The translations under genes were made by a program, and so were the position numbers. DNA of 64,000 nt from a virus. The notes beneath the pieces are model-generated. The model was not told where the DNA came from. It ran no database searches and saw nothing but the letters and a program-made list of their open reading frames with translations. Shown here piece after piece: positions 7,855 through 16,492 of the stretch (its first letter is position 1; each line of letters starts with the position of its first letter). The stretch spans positions 64,001-128,000 of IMG/VR virus record IMGVR_UViG_3300042868_010004. The stretch is one strand, 5' to 3'.

Positions 7855-7933
7855 GGAAAACGGTAAACCATGCCTGAATACTTCCAAAAGCCGTGGCAGA
7901 TAAGTAAATATAAAAAGTAATATGTTCGTCCAT
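7724..7933 (-). CDS. Cassette small protein with hydrophobic N-terminus
   Basis: 69-aa ATG ORF whose stop lies 7 nt before the attC3 R'' box. Confidence 0.5.
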   Translation of the reverse strand: MDEHITFYIYLSATAFGSIQAWFTVFPRASIQVAPIFQSPQTSSQTHLLIPLAPIKPLELDVVLKKEEK

Positions 7934-8066
7934 CTCTGTTCTCTCTGTATCTTTAACTGCATTGAAGCCATTCGCGCCAAAGTTCGCAATATGGCCTGCC
8001 CAGTTCCTCTGCCTTGGAAATTCAGTGATTCATCGTGTGTATCTATCAATAGATGTTCCGGCGTGT

Positions 8067-8088
8067 TCGCTCCAGCGCTTCGTTAGGT
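8067..8088 (-). repeat. attC half-site (R''-L'')
   Basis: TCGCTCCAGCGCTTCGTTAGGT matches the attC1 arm TCGCTCCATCGCTTTGTTAGGC. Confidence 0.7.
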
Positions 8089-8191
8089 TCCTGTAATTTC
8101 TCATTTTCTATTTTCCCGTGTAATCCCTTTTTAGGCAAAGGCAGGATTCAGAATTCAGTCAGTAATTGGTTTTTCGGCACACGGTAAAAAT

Positions 8192-8476
8192 ATGCAAGCA
8201 AAAGATTATCTAGGTCTACATACGACCAAAGAAGTAAAATACCTATACAAGCATTTCCTTGAGACTCTTGAGGAAATCCACCGGCAGCACGATTCCAGTT
8301 TGTTCAAACTGATGAACGGGCTACCAAAAGAGTATCAGTCTCAGGTCATTCAGGCCGCGTTTTTTGACGACGAGGGCTATCAGCACTTTCGTAAGCTCGT
8401 GCTCGACCACGGAAACGAATCCATCCGGGCGCTCCTTGATGAGATTGAGAAATATGAAATTGACTTCAAGCGATAG
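8192..8476 (+). CDS. Hypothetical late protein
   Basis: 94-aa helical ORF after GTGTAA at 8118. Confidence 0.75.
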   Translation: MQAKDYLGLHTTKEVKYLYKHFLETLEEIHRQHDSSLFKLMNGLPKEYQSQVIQAAFFDDEGYQHFRKLVLDHGNESIRALLDEIEKYEIDFKR

Positions 8477-8520
8477 GGCGGCTAAAATATAAACCACAAA
8501 TAATTTAAATTCCAACTAGC

Positions 8521-9300
8521 ATGTCCACTGATTTCATCAAAAACAAGAAACCCGAGTATTCCTTTACTTCCTACATAACAGGGAAAGTTACTAAAGAGGA
8601 GGTCCGACAGGAGAATGGCTCCGAAGTGATCGTCAAGAAAGAGGTCGAGGAGAAAATTCCCGTTTCAATCTATTTCTATAAGCCGACTCGGAGACAGCGC
8701 GAGGAAGCCGACTTGGTATATTCCAAAAAGATGTTCTCCCTGATGGAAGAGGGCATTATGACCAAGCAGCAGATTGCGAAAGTCTATAATAATGGTGGTG
8801 GCGACCTGAGTAAGCCGGAAGTCGATCTTTATGTTAAGCTCACGACTGAATTGTCCACCAAACTCCGCGATGCCGAATATCTCAATCGAAAAGACCCCTC
8901 GACTTGGACCGAAGAGGAGAAAATCAAGAATGTCTCCGTCATTACCGACATCTCTTTGATTAAGCGCGAACTGATTGAATTTGAAACCCAGCGCGCCGCC
9001 ATCTTTGAGCATTGCGCCGACCAGAAAGCCTTCTACCATGTCTTATCTTGGTATGTCGTGAATCTGACTTTCAAGCAGATTGGTGATAAGATTGAACCGC
9101 TATTTGTCGGGAAGACCTTTGAGGAAAAGCTGGATAATTATGATGAACTGATTGAAAAGGATGATGAATTAATTTCAAATATCCGCCACAAACTCAATTC
9201 TCTGGTCGCTTACTGGTATTCCGCCGGTCCGAAAGAAAAGAAGGATTGGTTGCCGATTGAGGAAGAGCTGGGTATTACCCCCGAGGCAGAAAAATCTTAA
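8521..9300 (+). CDS. Tail assembly chaperone-like protein
   Basis: Charged helical 259 aa lying between tube and tape measure genes. Confidence 0.5.
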   Translation: MSTDFIKNKKPEYSFTSYITGKVTKEEVRQENGSEVIVKKEVEEKIPVSIYFYKPTRRQREEADLVYSKKMFSLMEEGIMTKQQIAKVYNNGGGDLSKPEVDLYVKLTTELSTKLRDAEYLNRKDPSTWTEEEKIKNVSVITDISLIKRELIEFETQRAAIFEHCADQKAFYHVLSWYVVNLTFKQIGDKIEPLFVGKTFEEKLDNYDELIEKDDELISNIRHKLNSLVAYWYSAGPKEKKDWLPIEEELGITPEAEKS

Positions 9301-9327
9301 TTAAATCACAGATTAAGCCGGTCTCCT

Positions 9328-10326
9328 ATGTCTAAATTTGACGACCGCGAGCTAAAACGCCTCTTTGTCGAAATTACCAAGGGTTATACTGAGGTTCGTC
9401 GCGGCAAAGAGGTTTTCTATATCAAGCACTTCAATCAGGAAGACCAGTTTGAAATTGATGATTTTTATTTTCAGAAGCTAGAAAGCCTGAAAGATTCCGG
9501 TATTCCGACCGAGGAGCAAGTGCTTGAACAGTTGGCAAAAAAGAAAATCTGGACAACTCAGGATGAGGTTTGGTTAAGTCAGAAGGAATTAGAGATTAAC
9601 CAGTTGATTAAAACACGGGATAAACAAAGCTTGCCTTCCCAGATTGAGTATTTTGATGGGTTAATTCAGGCTGAACGGACGGAGTTATTCCGAAAGAAAT
9701 CGCAGCGGGCGGGCCTGATTGGGGATACGCGGGAGAGATTCGCCAATCAATCCGTGAACTCCTATTTCATCCTACAATCATTCTACAAAGATAAGGAATG
9801 CCGAAATTTATTAGTTTCCCCGGAAGAGTTTGAGGATATGGAGGATGACGCTCTTCTTAGTTTCAGTTTGCTCTATAGTAAGTCCATGCAGATGTATAAC
9901 AATGAGTCGATCAAAAAGGTCGCGGTCTGCTCATTCTTTCAAAATTTATTCTATCTGGCCGAAAATATTCATCAATTTTGGGGGAAGCCAATAAAGGATC
10001 TGACTATCTATCAGACTGAATTGTCGTCTTATGGCCGTTATTTCAAATCGGTCTTGCAGAACTCCGAACATGAGATACCGGAGGAGATTCGCTCAGACCC
10101 GGACAAGCTACTTGGATTCGCCAAAATGGACAATAAGATGAAGGAGAATTTGAGTAAGGGCAGCGGACAGAATGCATCGTTTACCGGCACAAAGGAAGAT
10201 GCGAAGAAGCTTGGTATTAAATTAACTAATGAATATAGTAAACATGCAAAGCGATTGGGCCGGAATCTGACTCGGGATGATATGTTTATGATTGATAAGG
10301 GCGAAGGACATAAGATTAAGGCTTGA
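9328..10326 (+). CDS. Tail assembly chaperone-like protein 2
   Basis: 332 aa, immediately before the tape measure gene. Confidence 0.5.
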   Translation: MSKFDDRELKRLFVEITKGYTEVRRGKEVFYIKHFNQEDQFEIDDFYFQKLESLKDSGIPTEEQVLEQLAKKKIWTTQDEVWLSQKELEINQLIKTRDKQSLPSQIEYFDGLIQAERTELFRKKSQRAGLIGDTRERFANQSVNSYFILQSFYKDKECRNLLVSPEEFEDMEDDALLSFSLLYSKSMQMYNNESIKKVAVCSFFQNLFYLAENIHQFWGKPIKDLTIYQTELSSYGRYFKSVLQNSEHEIPEEIRSDPDKLLGFAKMDNKMKENLSKGSGQNASFTGTKEDAKKLGIKLTNEYSKHAKRLGRNLTRDDMFMIDKGEGHKIKA

Positions 10327-10394
10327 GGTATTCTATTGGACCTATTTTGGGTGTAATCCTTTATATAGGTTTAAGGATTTAAGATTTTATCATC

Positions 10395-13300
10395 ATGGCT
10401 GACGCACCCTTTGTTTTCTCCTCAAGACTCAGCACCCGTTCTTGGGAGCGGGATGTTAACGCTGGTTTCCGTCGTGCGCAGGCCGGTATCAATCGGCAGA
10501 AGATTGGTTTTAATGTTGATCCCTCTGGTCTGAATAAACTTTCGGCCCCTCTTGGTAAACTCACGACTCAGGCCGGTGAGTTCAATCGCTCCCTTGAAGC
10601 GTCCAATGCCCGCGTTTTGGCCTTCGGTGCCTCCGTTGGTATTATCACGGCGCTTGGCCGTGGTTTTTCAGCCCTTGTTCGTGACGCCGTTGAAGTTCAG
10701 GCCGTCTTGGCTGATATTAATACGATCCTGAAGCAGAGCGCGGATGGTTTGTCCCAGTATGAGGCGCAGATTTTTAGTGTCGCTAGAAATACGGGTCGTT
10801 CTTTTAAAGAAACTGCTACCGCTGCCTTGGAGCTTTCCCGTCAAGGTCTATCGGCAGAGGAATCACTTGAACGACTGAATAATGCACTCATCCTGACTCG
10901 CCTTAGCGGTTTGTCTGCCGAGGATTCCGTTCAAAGCGTCACGGCGGCTATCAACTCTTTCTCGAAAGAAGTCTTAGACTCCTCCATTGTTGTTAATAAA
11001 TTCTCGACTGTCGCCGCGAAATTCTTCGTTTCAGAGAAGGACTTGGCCGAAGCCGTCCGTCGCGTGGGCTCCTCTGCTCAGGATGCCAATGTCAGCTTTG
11101 ATGAACTGATTGCCATCGTAACTGCCGCTCAACAGACTACGGCCCGTGGTGGCGCGGTTATCGGTAATTCATTTAAGACAATTTTCACCCGTCTGCAACG
11201 TTCAAGCACCCTGACGGAGTTGGAAAATTTAGGTGTCGCCGTAAGAGATTTAGAGGGAAATGTTCTCCCCGCTGTTGAAATTCTTAAATCTCTCGCCAGT
11301 CAGATTGACGGATTGAGTCAGCCCCAGCAGGCTTATATTTCCGAATTGACCGCTGGTGTCTTCCAAATCAATCAGTTGAAGGCTATTCTCGGTGACTTGT
11401 CTGGTGAATATTCTTTTTATAAAGCGGCCTTGGAGTCTTCGGTTGGCGCGACAAATGAGGCCATCAAACGTAATGAAGAGCTGAATAAAACTTACGCCGC
11501 TCAATTCAATGCAATTAAGCAGAGTATCACCCAGATTTCTTCTGTTTTGGGTCGCGACCTACTCGGTCCCCTTACTCAATCCTTAACCGCATTTTTTGAG
11601 TCCGCTCAGGATACTTTCGGAATTAAAGAGGGCGAAAAAGTCGGTAGTGAATTTGCTTCTGGTATTGTAAAAGGTATTGGCGGTGTAATCGGCGGGCCGG
11701 GCTTATTGGTTGCCAGCGCGGTCATCCTTGGCCTCTTTGTAAAACTCGGAAAATTTGCCCTTGGCGCGCTTAAAACCGTCTCTGACTTGGCTGGCGTTAT
11801 CGGAAAGAGAAAAGAAATTCAGGCGGAGGTTAATCGTTTGGTCGCCGAGGAACCCAAACTTCTCAGTCAGATTCTAACCGGGGCAAAATCCGTAGAGGAG
11901 GTTGAGAAGAGAATTCTTGCTTTAATCAGGCAGAAGATTATAGCGCAGGAACAATTTAATGCTGTTACTTTGGGCGTTGCGACTAGGGCCACCCCGAGGG
12001 TAGGCCAAGGCACCAATCTGGCTCAGGCGGGCTTAGGTTTCAGCGGAGGGGCTTTTACTAGTCGTCCAGTTGGTGGAACGGGCCGCGTTCCTAATTTTGC
12101 CGATCCAATTAAGGAAGCTTTTGATCGTGAGCGCGCAGCGGGCATTCCAGCCAATCAGATTTATGTGGATTCCGACCCACGAGTAAAGGGACCGGGTAAT
12201 CCTCTTGGTCTTCTAGTGGCGAATCGTCGGGACGAGCCATTAGGCGGTTTTCAAGGTGTCAATCGGGCAATTGCCTTGGGTCAAGATCCGAAGAAATCAG
12301 GAATGAGCGGATCGAATATTCCGAATTTTGCCGCGTTTGATAATCTTCAAATGGGTGGAAATTTTGCCCCATTTAACATCACGTCGGAACAGTCCAGACA
12401 ATTCCGCTCTCTTTTTGGTAAACTAACCAACAGCGTTTCCAAACTGAATCGTCAGCTATCTTTTGAATTAGGCGAGTCTATTCAAAAGTATGGTGAGAGC
12501 ATTAACCTCACAAAAGAATCACAGGAAAAGGTTCGCTCGGTTCTTAATCAGCAATTTAACCGGCTGGTCAGACTAGAAAATCAACCAAGAATTATTCGTT
12601 CTGGTGGTGGGCGTAGAGCTACACTGGAGGAATTTGAAGCCACGAGACAGCAGTTTGCGGGAGTATCTGGACTCGCAGGTCCGAATTTTACCGAAGGTTC
12701 AATCGGGGTGGGTAGAAATAGGGAGATTACAAAAGCTTTTGCTTCTAGATCTATTCAGGAACAGCGCGGGATTAATCTTCAGGCGGCTTCCGAAAGAGTC
12801 CAAAGCGGAAGAAATCTAACATCTTCCCAGTTAAAAGCCATTAGCACCGAATCTTTCATTCAGGCTTTACAAAGTCCTTCTCTCGCCGGTCTTTCCAAAA
12901 GAGAAATCGCAGTAAATCCCGAGGCTAGGAGAGAGTTGCGCCGCTTGGCAAAGGCATATCGTGATGAATTCGGCAAGGCTTTGGATTCGGCTCAAATTAG
13001 TTCCGCTGCTGACCGTGCTTTTACATTTTCAAATTTCAGTCTCGGTTCTGTCTTCGGAACGGAAAAGGGTGATGAGAAAAGATTCCGCCGTGAATTGGGT
13101 GTCAAGCCGGGGCAAAAACTTTCTTCTGAACAGCAAAATACATTCTTCAACCGTAGAATGCAGACTCAGCAACAAAGAAGCTCGAATGTAACAAATCGAG
13201 CTTTCCTTGGTTCAATTGCAGCGTCTTTTATCGCTCCCCAGTTTGCCGATAGTAGTCCGATCACAAGTGGGATTTTTGAGGGCGCGGGGGCGGGGTTGGC

Positions 13301-16300
13301 GGCGGGCGGCTTGGCAAGTATGGGGAATCCTTATATTGCTGCCGGTGCAGGTCTTGCAGGCGCGGGCATAGGCGCGACTAAAGCTATCAGTGGTGGAGAT
13401 GAAAGAGCCTTTAATAAAGCTGCCTCTGATTTCCAAAATCTAACTGCGAAAATTAACGAGAATAGAAACGGCGTTCAGCAATATATTGAAGCGCAGGCGA
13501 AACTTAATGATACGTTGAAAGAAGGTAAGGCTTCAACAGAGGATATTGAAAAACTAAATCAGAATCTCACCAACGTCTTCCGGACGATTGAAGATCAGGG
13601 TCTTCGTCGTGGCATTATTGCCGCCGCCGGAAATCTTGAACAGCTACAAAAAGTTTTTGCCGAATTTGAAAAGAATTCAATCTTCAAGGAAGCTGCTGAG
13701 TCAATCACCTTGCTTTCCACTTCCGCCAAGAATAATAAAACAGGGAGAAACGCCTTCGGTTTTGGTGGAGACTTCCTTACTCGCGATCTCTCTAAGATTG
13801 GAGAAAATCTTCTTACGGCAAATTCAGGCGACGAAAAGACTCGATCTGGCTTCCTGAGTCTGATCCAAGAGATTGATGAATTAGCTGCGTCAGGAAAATC
13901 TGAACAGGCGGCGGAAAAGCTAGCTAGAATTAATCCGGCCCTAGAAGGAATTGATAACTCATTTGATATTCGCACGATTACCGGCGCGGCTCTTGCATTC
14001 AACGATGTTTCTAAAGCCCTGAAATCCACACAGGAGGTCAACACGGAATACCTTGCCCAATTAGGAAAATACCAAAGGGAGTTCCTGAAACTATCTTCCG
14101 AATTAATCGAACAGCAACGCATCATCCAGCTTGAAGGCGAGTTACAAACCCGTCTGACCTTGGCTCGCGTGGGCGCAAATTTGGAGGATTCAACTTTTGG
14201 CACGACTGAGCGCTCGGCAATCGGGGCGCGATCCTCTTTCAGACAAGCCGAACTGGTGGGTCGTTTTAATGAACAGAGGTCCGAACTTGATTCCGGCCTG
14301 CGTGCCAATTTGCAGTCTTTCTTATCCGAGGTTCCGCAAACACTCTCCCGGCAATTTGCCAACCGCATCCAAAGTGGAAGTCCAAGACAGGTCTTGGATG
14401 AGATTCTTCAGGCGACAACCGGCTCGACAAGTGAACTTGGGAAGAAGCCGCAAGAGCAGATTGACAAATTAGAGCAGTTGCAAAAGACTTTTGACGGTCA
14501 ACTAACCGAACTCAACAAATCGACTCGCGAATCCCTTGAATTGGAGAGAATTTCAGCGGAGGCGGAAAAGCGTCGCGTTGACCGGCAGAATCGGATTGGT
14601 TTGCTTGGCGGAGCGAGTTTTAATCCGTTAGATTTTTCAGCAATACGGGCCGGTCGTGGGGCCGCAACTACCAGATTCCGTGGGGAGCAAATTCTTCGCG
14701 GGAATACCGCCGGACTGGATACCAATGCTATCCGCAATACAACGCAGTCTGCCCGTATCCTTGAAACGCAAGGCATTCTCTCTCGCTCTCAACTCTTACC
14801 CGGCCTTCCAACGAGTGACCGCGATATTGATACTGCCAGCAAGGCGTTTGAACAAAATCTTACCGACAATCTCAATCAGCTTGTCGCATCCTCTCTTCGC
14901 GGCCTCCTTTCGGATGAATCTCTTGGGCAGACTGGTTTGGTTTCGGGTCAGGATTTACGCGGGGGTCTGACTTCTCTACTCAGTCGTTCGGCGCGCGGTG
15001 GTCAAACCGACTTTTCTGGTGCCGCTAATTTTGTTCGCGCTCGCCTGCCCGATTTTGGTTCCGGCGGAGAACTTAAACGTCAATTGATTGAATTATTTGA
15101 GGAGGCGGCGAGAGATCAGGGGACATTGGGCGAGGCTGGGCGGGATCAAGCCAGAAGCCTCCTTCAGACGGATAAACAAAAAGAGGATTCCTTTATCCAG
15201 AGGCTTGTTTCGGGCTTCAAGGGTGAGGATATCGCTCGGAATACTTTTGATACGCAGGTCAGAATTGAAGAGCTAAAGAAAGTTTTTGAGGCTCAGGCGG
15301 CATTAACCGTAAAATCGGAAGCAGTATCCGCCAAACAAAGAGAACTGAATGAAATAAACGTTGCAAAAGCGGAAGCGCAGAGAGATATAGAGCGTCGCGT
15401 GGGCGGCAGCAGATTCGACTTTTCAAAAACTAGGGTTTTGACTGGCGGAAATACAATTCCGTTAGACGAACAACTAAAACTTGTCAGAGAAATTGTCTCT
15501 AAATTGGGACTTCCGGAATTTAAACCCGGTGATTCAACAACCCTGCCTGCTATCCGCAGCTTAACAAAAGGTATTGGTGAAAGTTCTACTTTGTCCGAGG
15601 CAAGGGATCGCATTTTGGGATCTCCCGAGTTGGAGCCAGCCGTTAGATTCATTTCCCAAGGGGCTAGAACCGACGAGGAAAGAGTCGCGGCGGTAGATAA
15701 ATTCCTTTTAGAGTTTTCTACCGCTGATGAAACCGTAAAAAATGCAAATTCTAGTCTCAGTCAGTTTAATACGCAAATTGGGGCCGTCACCACAGAGCTA
15801 AACAAATTGCGCGCAAGATTGGATATTGATACAAAAACATTTCAGGGGCAATTCGCCTCCCAACCACCTAATATTGTCAGTAATCGCCTATCTAACAGCG
15901 GCACCCTATCTGATACACAAAAAAGCGATTCCCGTAGGATTATTGGTGGATTTTCCGAAAATCTTCGAGGCGGAGCAAATGCGATTTCGGCTTTGCAATC
16001 TAATCGGGAGCAGCTTGGGAAGGTTAACGAAAGAATTCAAGGCGTGGTTCAGAGAACGGCTCAGTCTGGAACTCTTTCTCGTTCTGACGAGGCCCTTCTC
16101 GACGCTTTGCGACAGGATAGAAATGAATTGGCGGCAGTAATTAATGCACAGGAGGAATCTATAAAGAAAGGTGTTACCGAAATTGCAAATAAAACTGCCG
16201 AAGCAATGAAGGAGGCATTTGTTGACTTGCCGGACGCTCTGAATGCAACACTGACACAGAATTTGACTCTGGCTGGTCAGGTAATCCTCAGAGATGGAAA

Positions 16301-16451
16301 AGTAACAGCGGAAGAGGTTCAAGGCTTGAATGAGGCTTTCTTAAAATTCATTGAAGAGTATTACAGCAAAAAACTAAAAGAAAAAGCTGATGCTCAAACG
16401 AAAGAAAACGGCGGAATACCCACCCCTCCAACCCAGCGCCCAAAAGTCTAA
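10395..16451 (+). CDS. Tail tape measure protein (TP901-type core)
   Basis: 2018 aa; helical A/L/E-rich core (AELSRQGLSAEESL..NKFSTVAAKF..LAEAVRRVGSSA..GNSFKTIFTRL), Gly/Ala hydrophobic segments, repeated PNFA motifs. Confidence 0.92.
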   Translation: MADAPFVFSSRLSTRSWERDVNAGFRRAQAGINRQKIGFNVDPSGLNKLSAPLGKLTTQAGEFNRSLEASNARVLAFGASVGIITALGRGFSALVRDAVEVQAVLADINTILKQSADGLSQYEAQIFSVARNTGRSFKETATAALELSRQGLSAEESLERLNNALILTRLSGLSAEDSVQSVTAAINSFSKEVLDSSIVVNKFSTVAAKFFVSEKDLAEAVRRVGSSAQDANVSFDELIAIVTAAQQTTARGGAVIGNSFKTIFTRLQRSSTLTELENLGVAVRDLEGNVLPAVEILKSLASQIDGLSQPQQAYISELTAGVFQINQLKAILGDLSGEYSFYKAALESSVGATNEAIKRNEELNKTYAAQFNAIKQSITQISSVLGRDLLGPLTQSLTAFFESAQDTFGIKEGEKVGSEFASGIVKGIGGVIGGPGLLVASAVILGLFVKLGKFALGALKTVSDLAGVIGKRKEIQAEVNRLVAEEPKLLSQILTGAKSVEEVEKRILALIRQKIIAQEQFNAVTLGVATRATPRVGQGTNLAQAGLGFSGGAFTSRPVGGTGRVPNFADPIKEAFDRERAAGIPANQIYVDSDPRVKGPGNPLGLLVANRRDEPLGGFQGVNRAIALGQDPKKSGMSGSNIPNFAAFDNLQMGGNFAPFNITSEQSRQFRSLFGKLTNSVSKLNRQLSFELGESIQKYGESINLTKESQEKVRSVLNQQFNRLVRLENQPRIIRSGGGRRATLEEFEATRQQFAGVSGLAGPNFTEGSIGVGRNREITKAFASRSIQEQRGINLQAASERVQSGRNLTSSQLKAISTESFIQALQSPSLAGLSKREIAVNPEARRELRRLAKAYRDEFGKALDSAQISSAADRAFTFSNFSLGSVFGTEKGDEKRFRRELGVKPGQKLSSEQQNTFFNRRMQTQQQRSSNVTNRAFLGSIAASFIAPQFADSSPITSGIFEGAGAGLAAGGLASMGNPYIAAGAGLAGAGIGATKAISGGDERAFNKAASDFQNLTAKINENRNGVQQYIEAQAKLNDTLKEGKASTEDIEKLNQNLTNVFRTIEDQGLRRGIIAAAGNLEQLQKVFAEFEKNSIFKEAAESITLLSTSAKNNKTGRNAFGFGGDFLTRDLSKIGENLLTANSGDEKTRSGFLSLIQEIDELAASGKSEQAAEKLARINPALEGIDNSFDIRTITGAALAFNDVSKALKSTQEVNTEYLAQLGKYQREFLKLSSELIEQQRIIQLEGELQTRLTLARVGANLEDSTFGTTERSAIGARSSFRQAELVGRFNEQRSELDSGLRANLQSFLSEVPQTLSRQFANRIQSGSPRQVLDEILQATTGSTSELGKKPQEQIDKLEQLQKTFDGQLTELNKSTRESLELERISAEAEKRRVDRQNRIGLLGGASFNPLDFSAIRAGRGAATTRFRGEQILRGNTAGLDTNAIRNTTQSARILETQGILSRSQLLPGLPTSDRDIDTASKAFEQNLTDNLNQLVASSLRGLLSDESLGQTGLVSGQDLRGGLTSLLSRSARGGQTDFSGAANFVRARLPDFGSGGELKRQLIELFEEAARDQGTLGEAGRDQARSLLQTDKQKEDSFIQRLVSGFKGEDIARNTFDTQVRIEELKKVFEAQAALTVKSEAVSAKQRELNEINVAKAEAQRDIERRVGGSRFDFSKTRVLTGGNTIPLDEQLKLVREIVSKLGLPEFKPGDSTTLPAIRSLTKGIGESSTLSEARDRILGSPELEPAVRFISQGARTDEERVAAVDKFLLEFSTADETVKNANSSLSQFNTQIGAVTTELNKLRARLDIDTKTFQGQFASQPPNIVSNRLSNSGTLSDTQKSDSRRIIGGFSENLRGGANAISALQSNREQLGKVNERIQGVVQRTAQSGTLSRSDEALLDALRQDRNELAAVINAQEESIKKGVTEIANKTAEAMKEAFVDLPDALNATLTQNLTLAGQVILRDGKVTAEEVQGLNEAFLKFIEEYYSKKLKEKADAQTKENGGIPTPPTQRPKV

Positions 16452-16492
16452 CTTAGACTGAATCAATTCTAATTCCGAAATAGTCTTCATTT

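Larger units (their letters stand above)
3621..8088 (-). mobile_element. Integron-like attC gene-cassette array without integrase (CALIN-like)
   Basis: Three complete attC sites, one long degenerate site and two half-sites, all co-oriented, separating minus-strand ORFs. Confidence 0.75.

Noticed and set aside
7786-8049. 87-aa minus ORF
   Set aside because: Non-ATG start, overlaps 7724-7933 on the same strand, no motif; not supportable as a gene.
3621-8088. CRISPR array interpretation of the repeats
   Set aside because: Repeats are ~100-bp imperfect palindromes separated by whole genes, not 25-45 bp repeats with short spacers; no cas genes.
8089-8191. attI site, Pc promoter or intI at the array head
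   Set aside because: No clear attI boxes, and flanking ORFs lack tyrosine-recombinase motifs.
9270-9330. Programmed -1 frameshift between the chaperone-like genes
   Set aside because: No XXXYYYZ heptamer before the stop, and the second gene has its own ATG.
13275-13320. G-rich run in the tape measure gene as a G-quadruplex signal
   Set aside because: Explained by the GAGAGLAAGG coding sequence.
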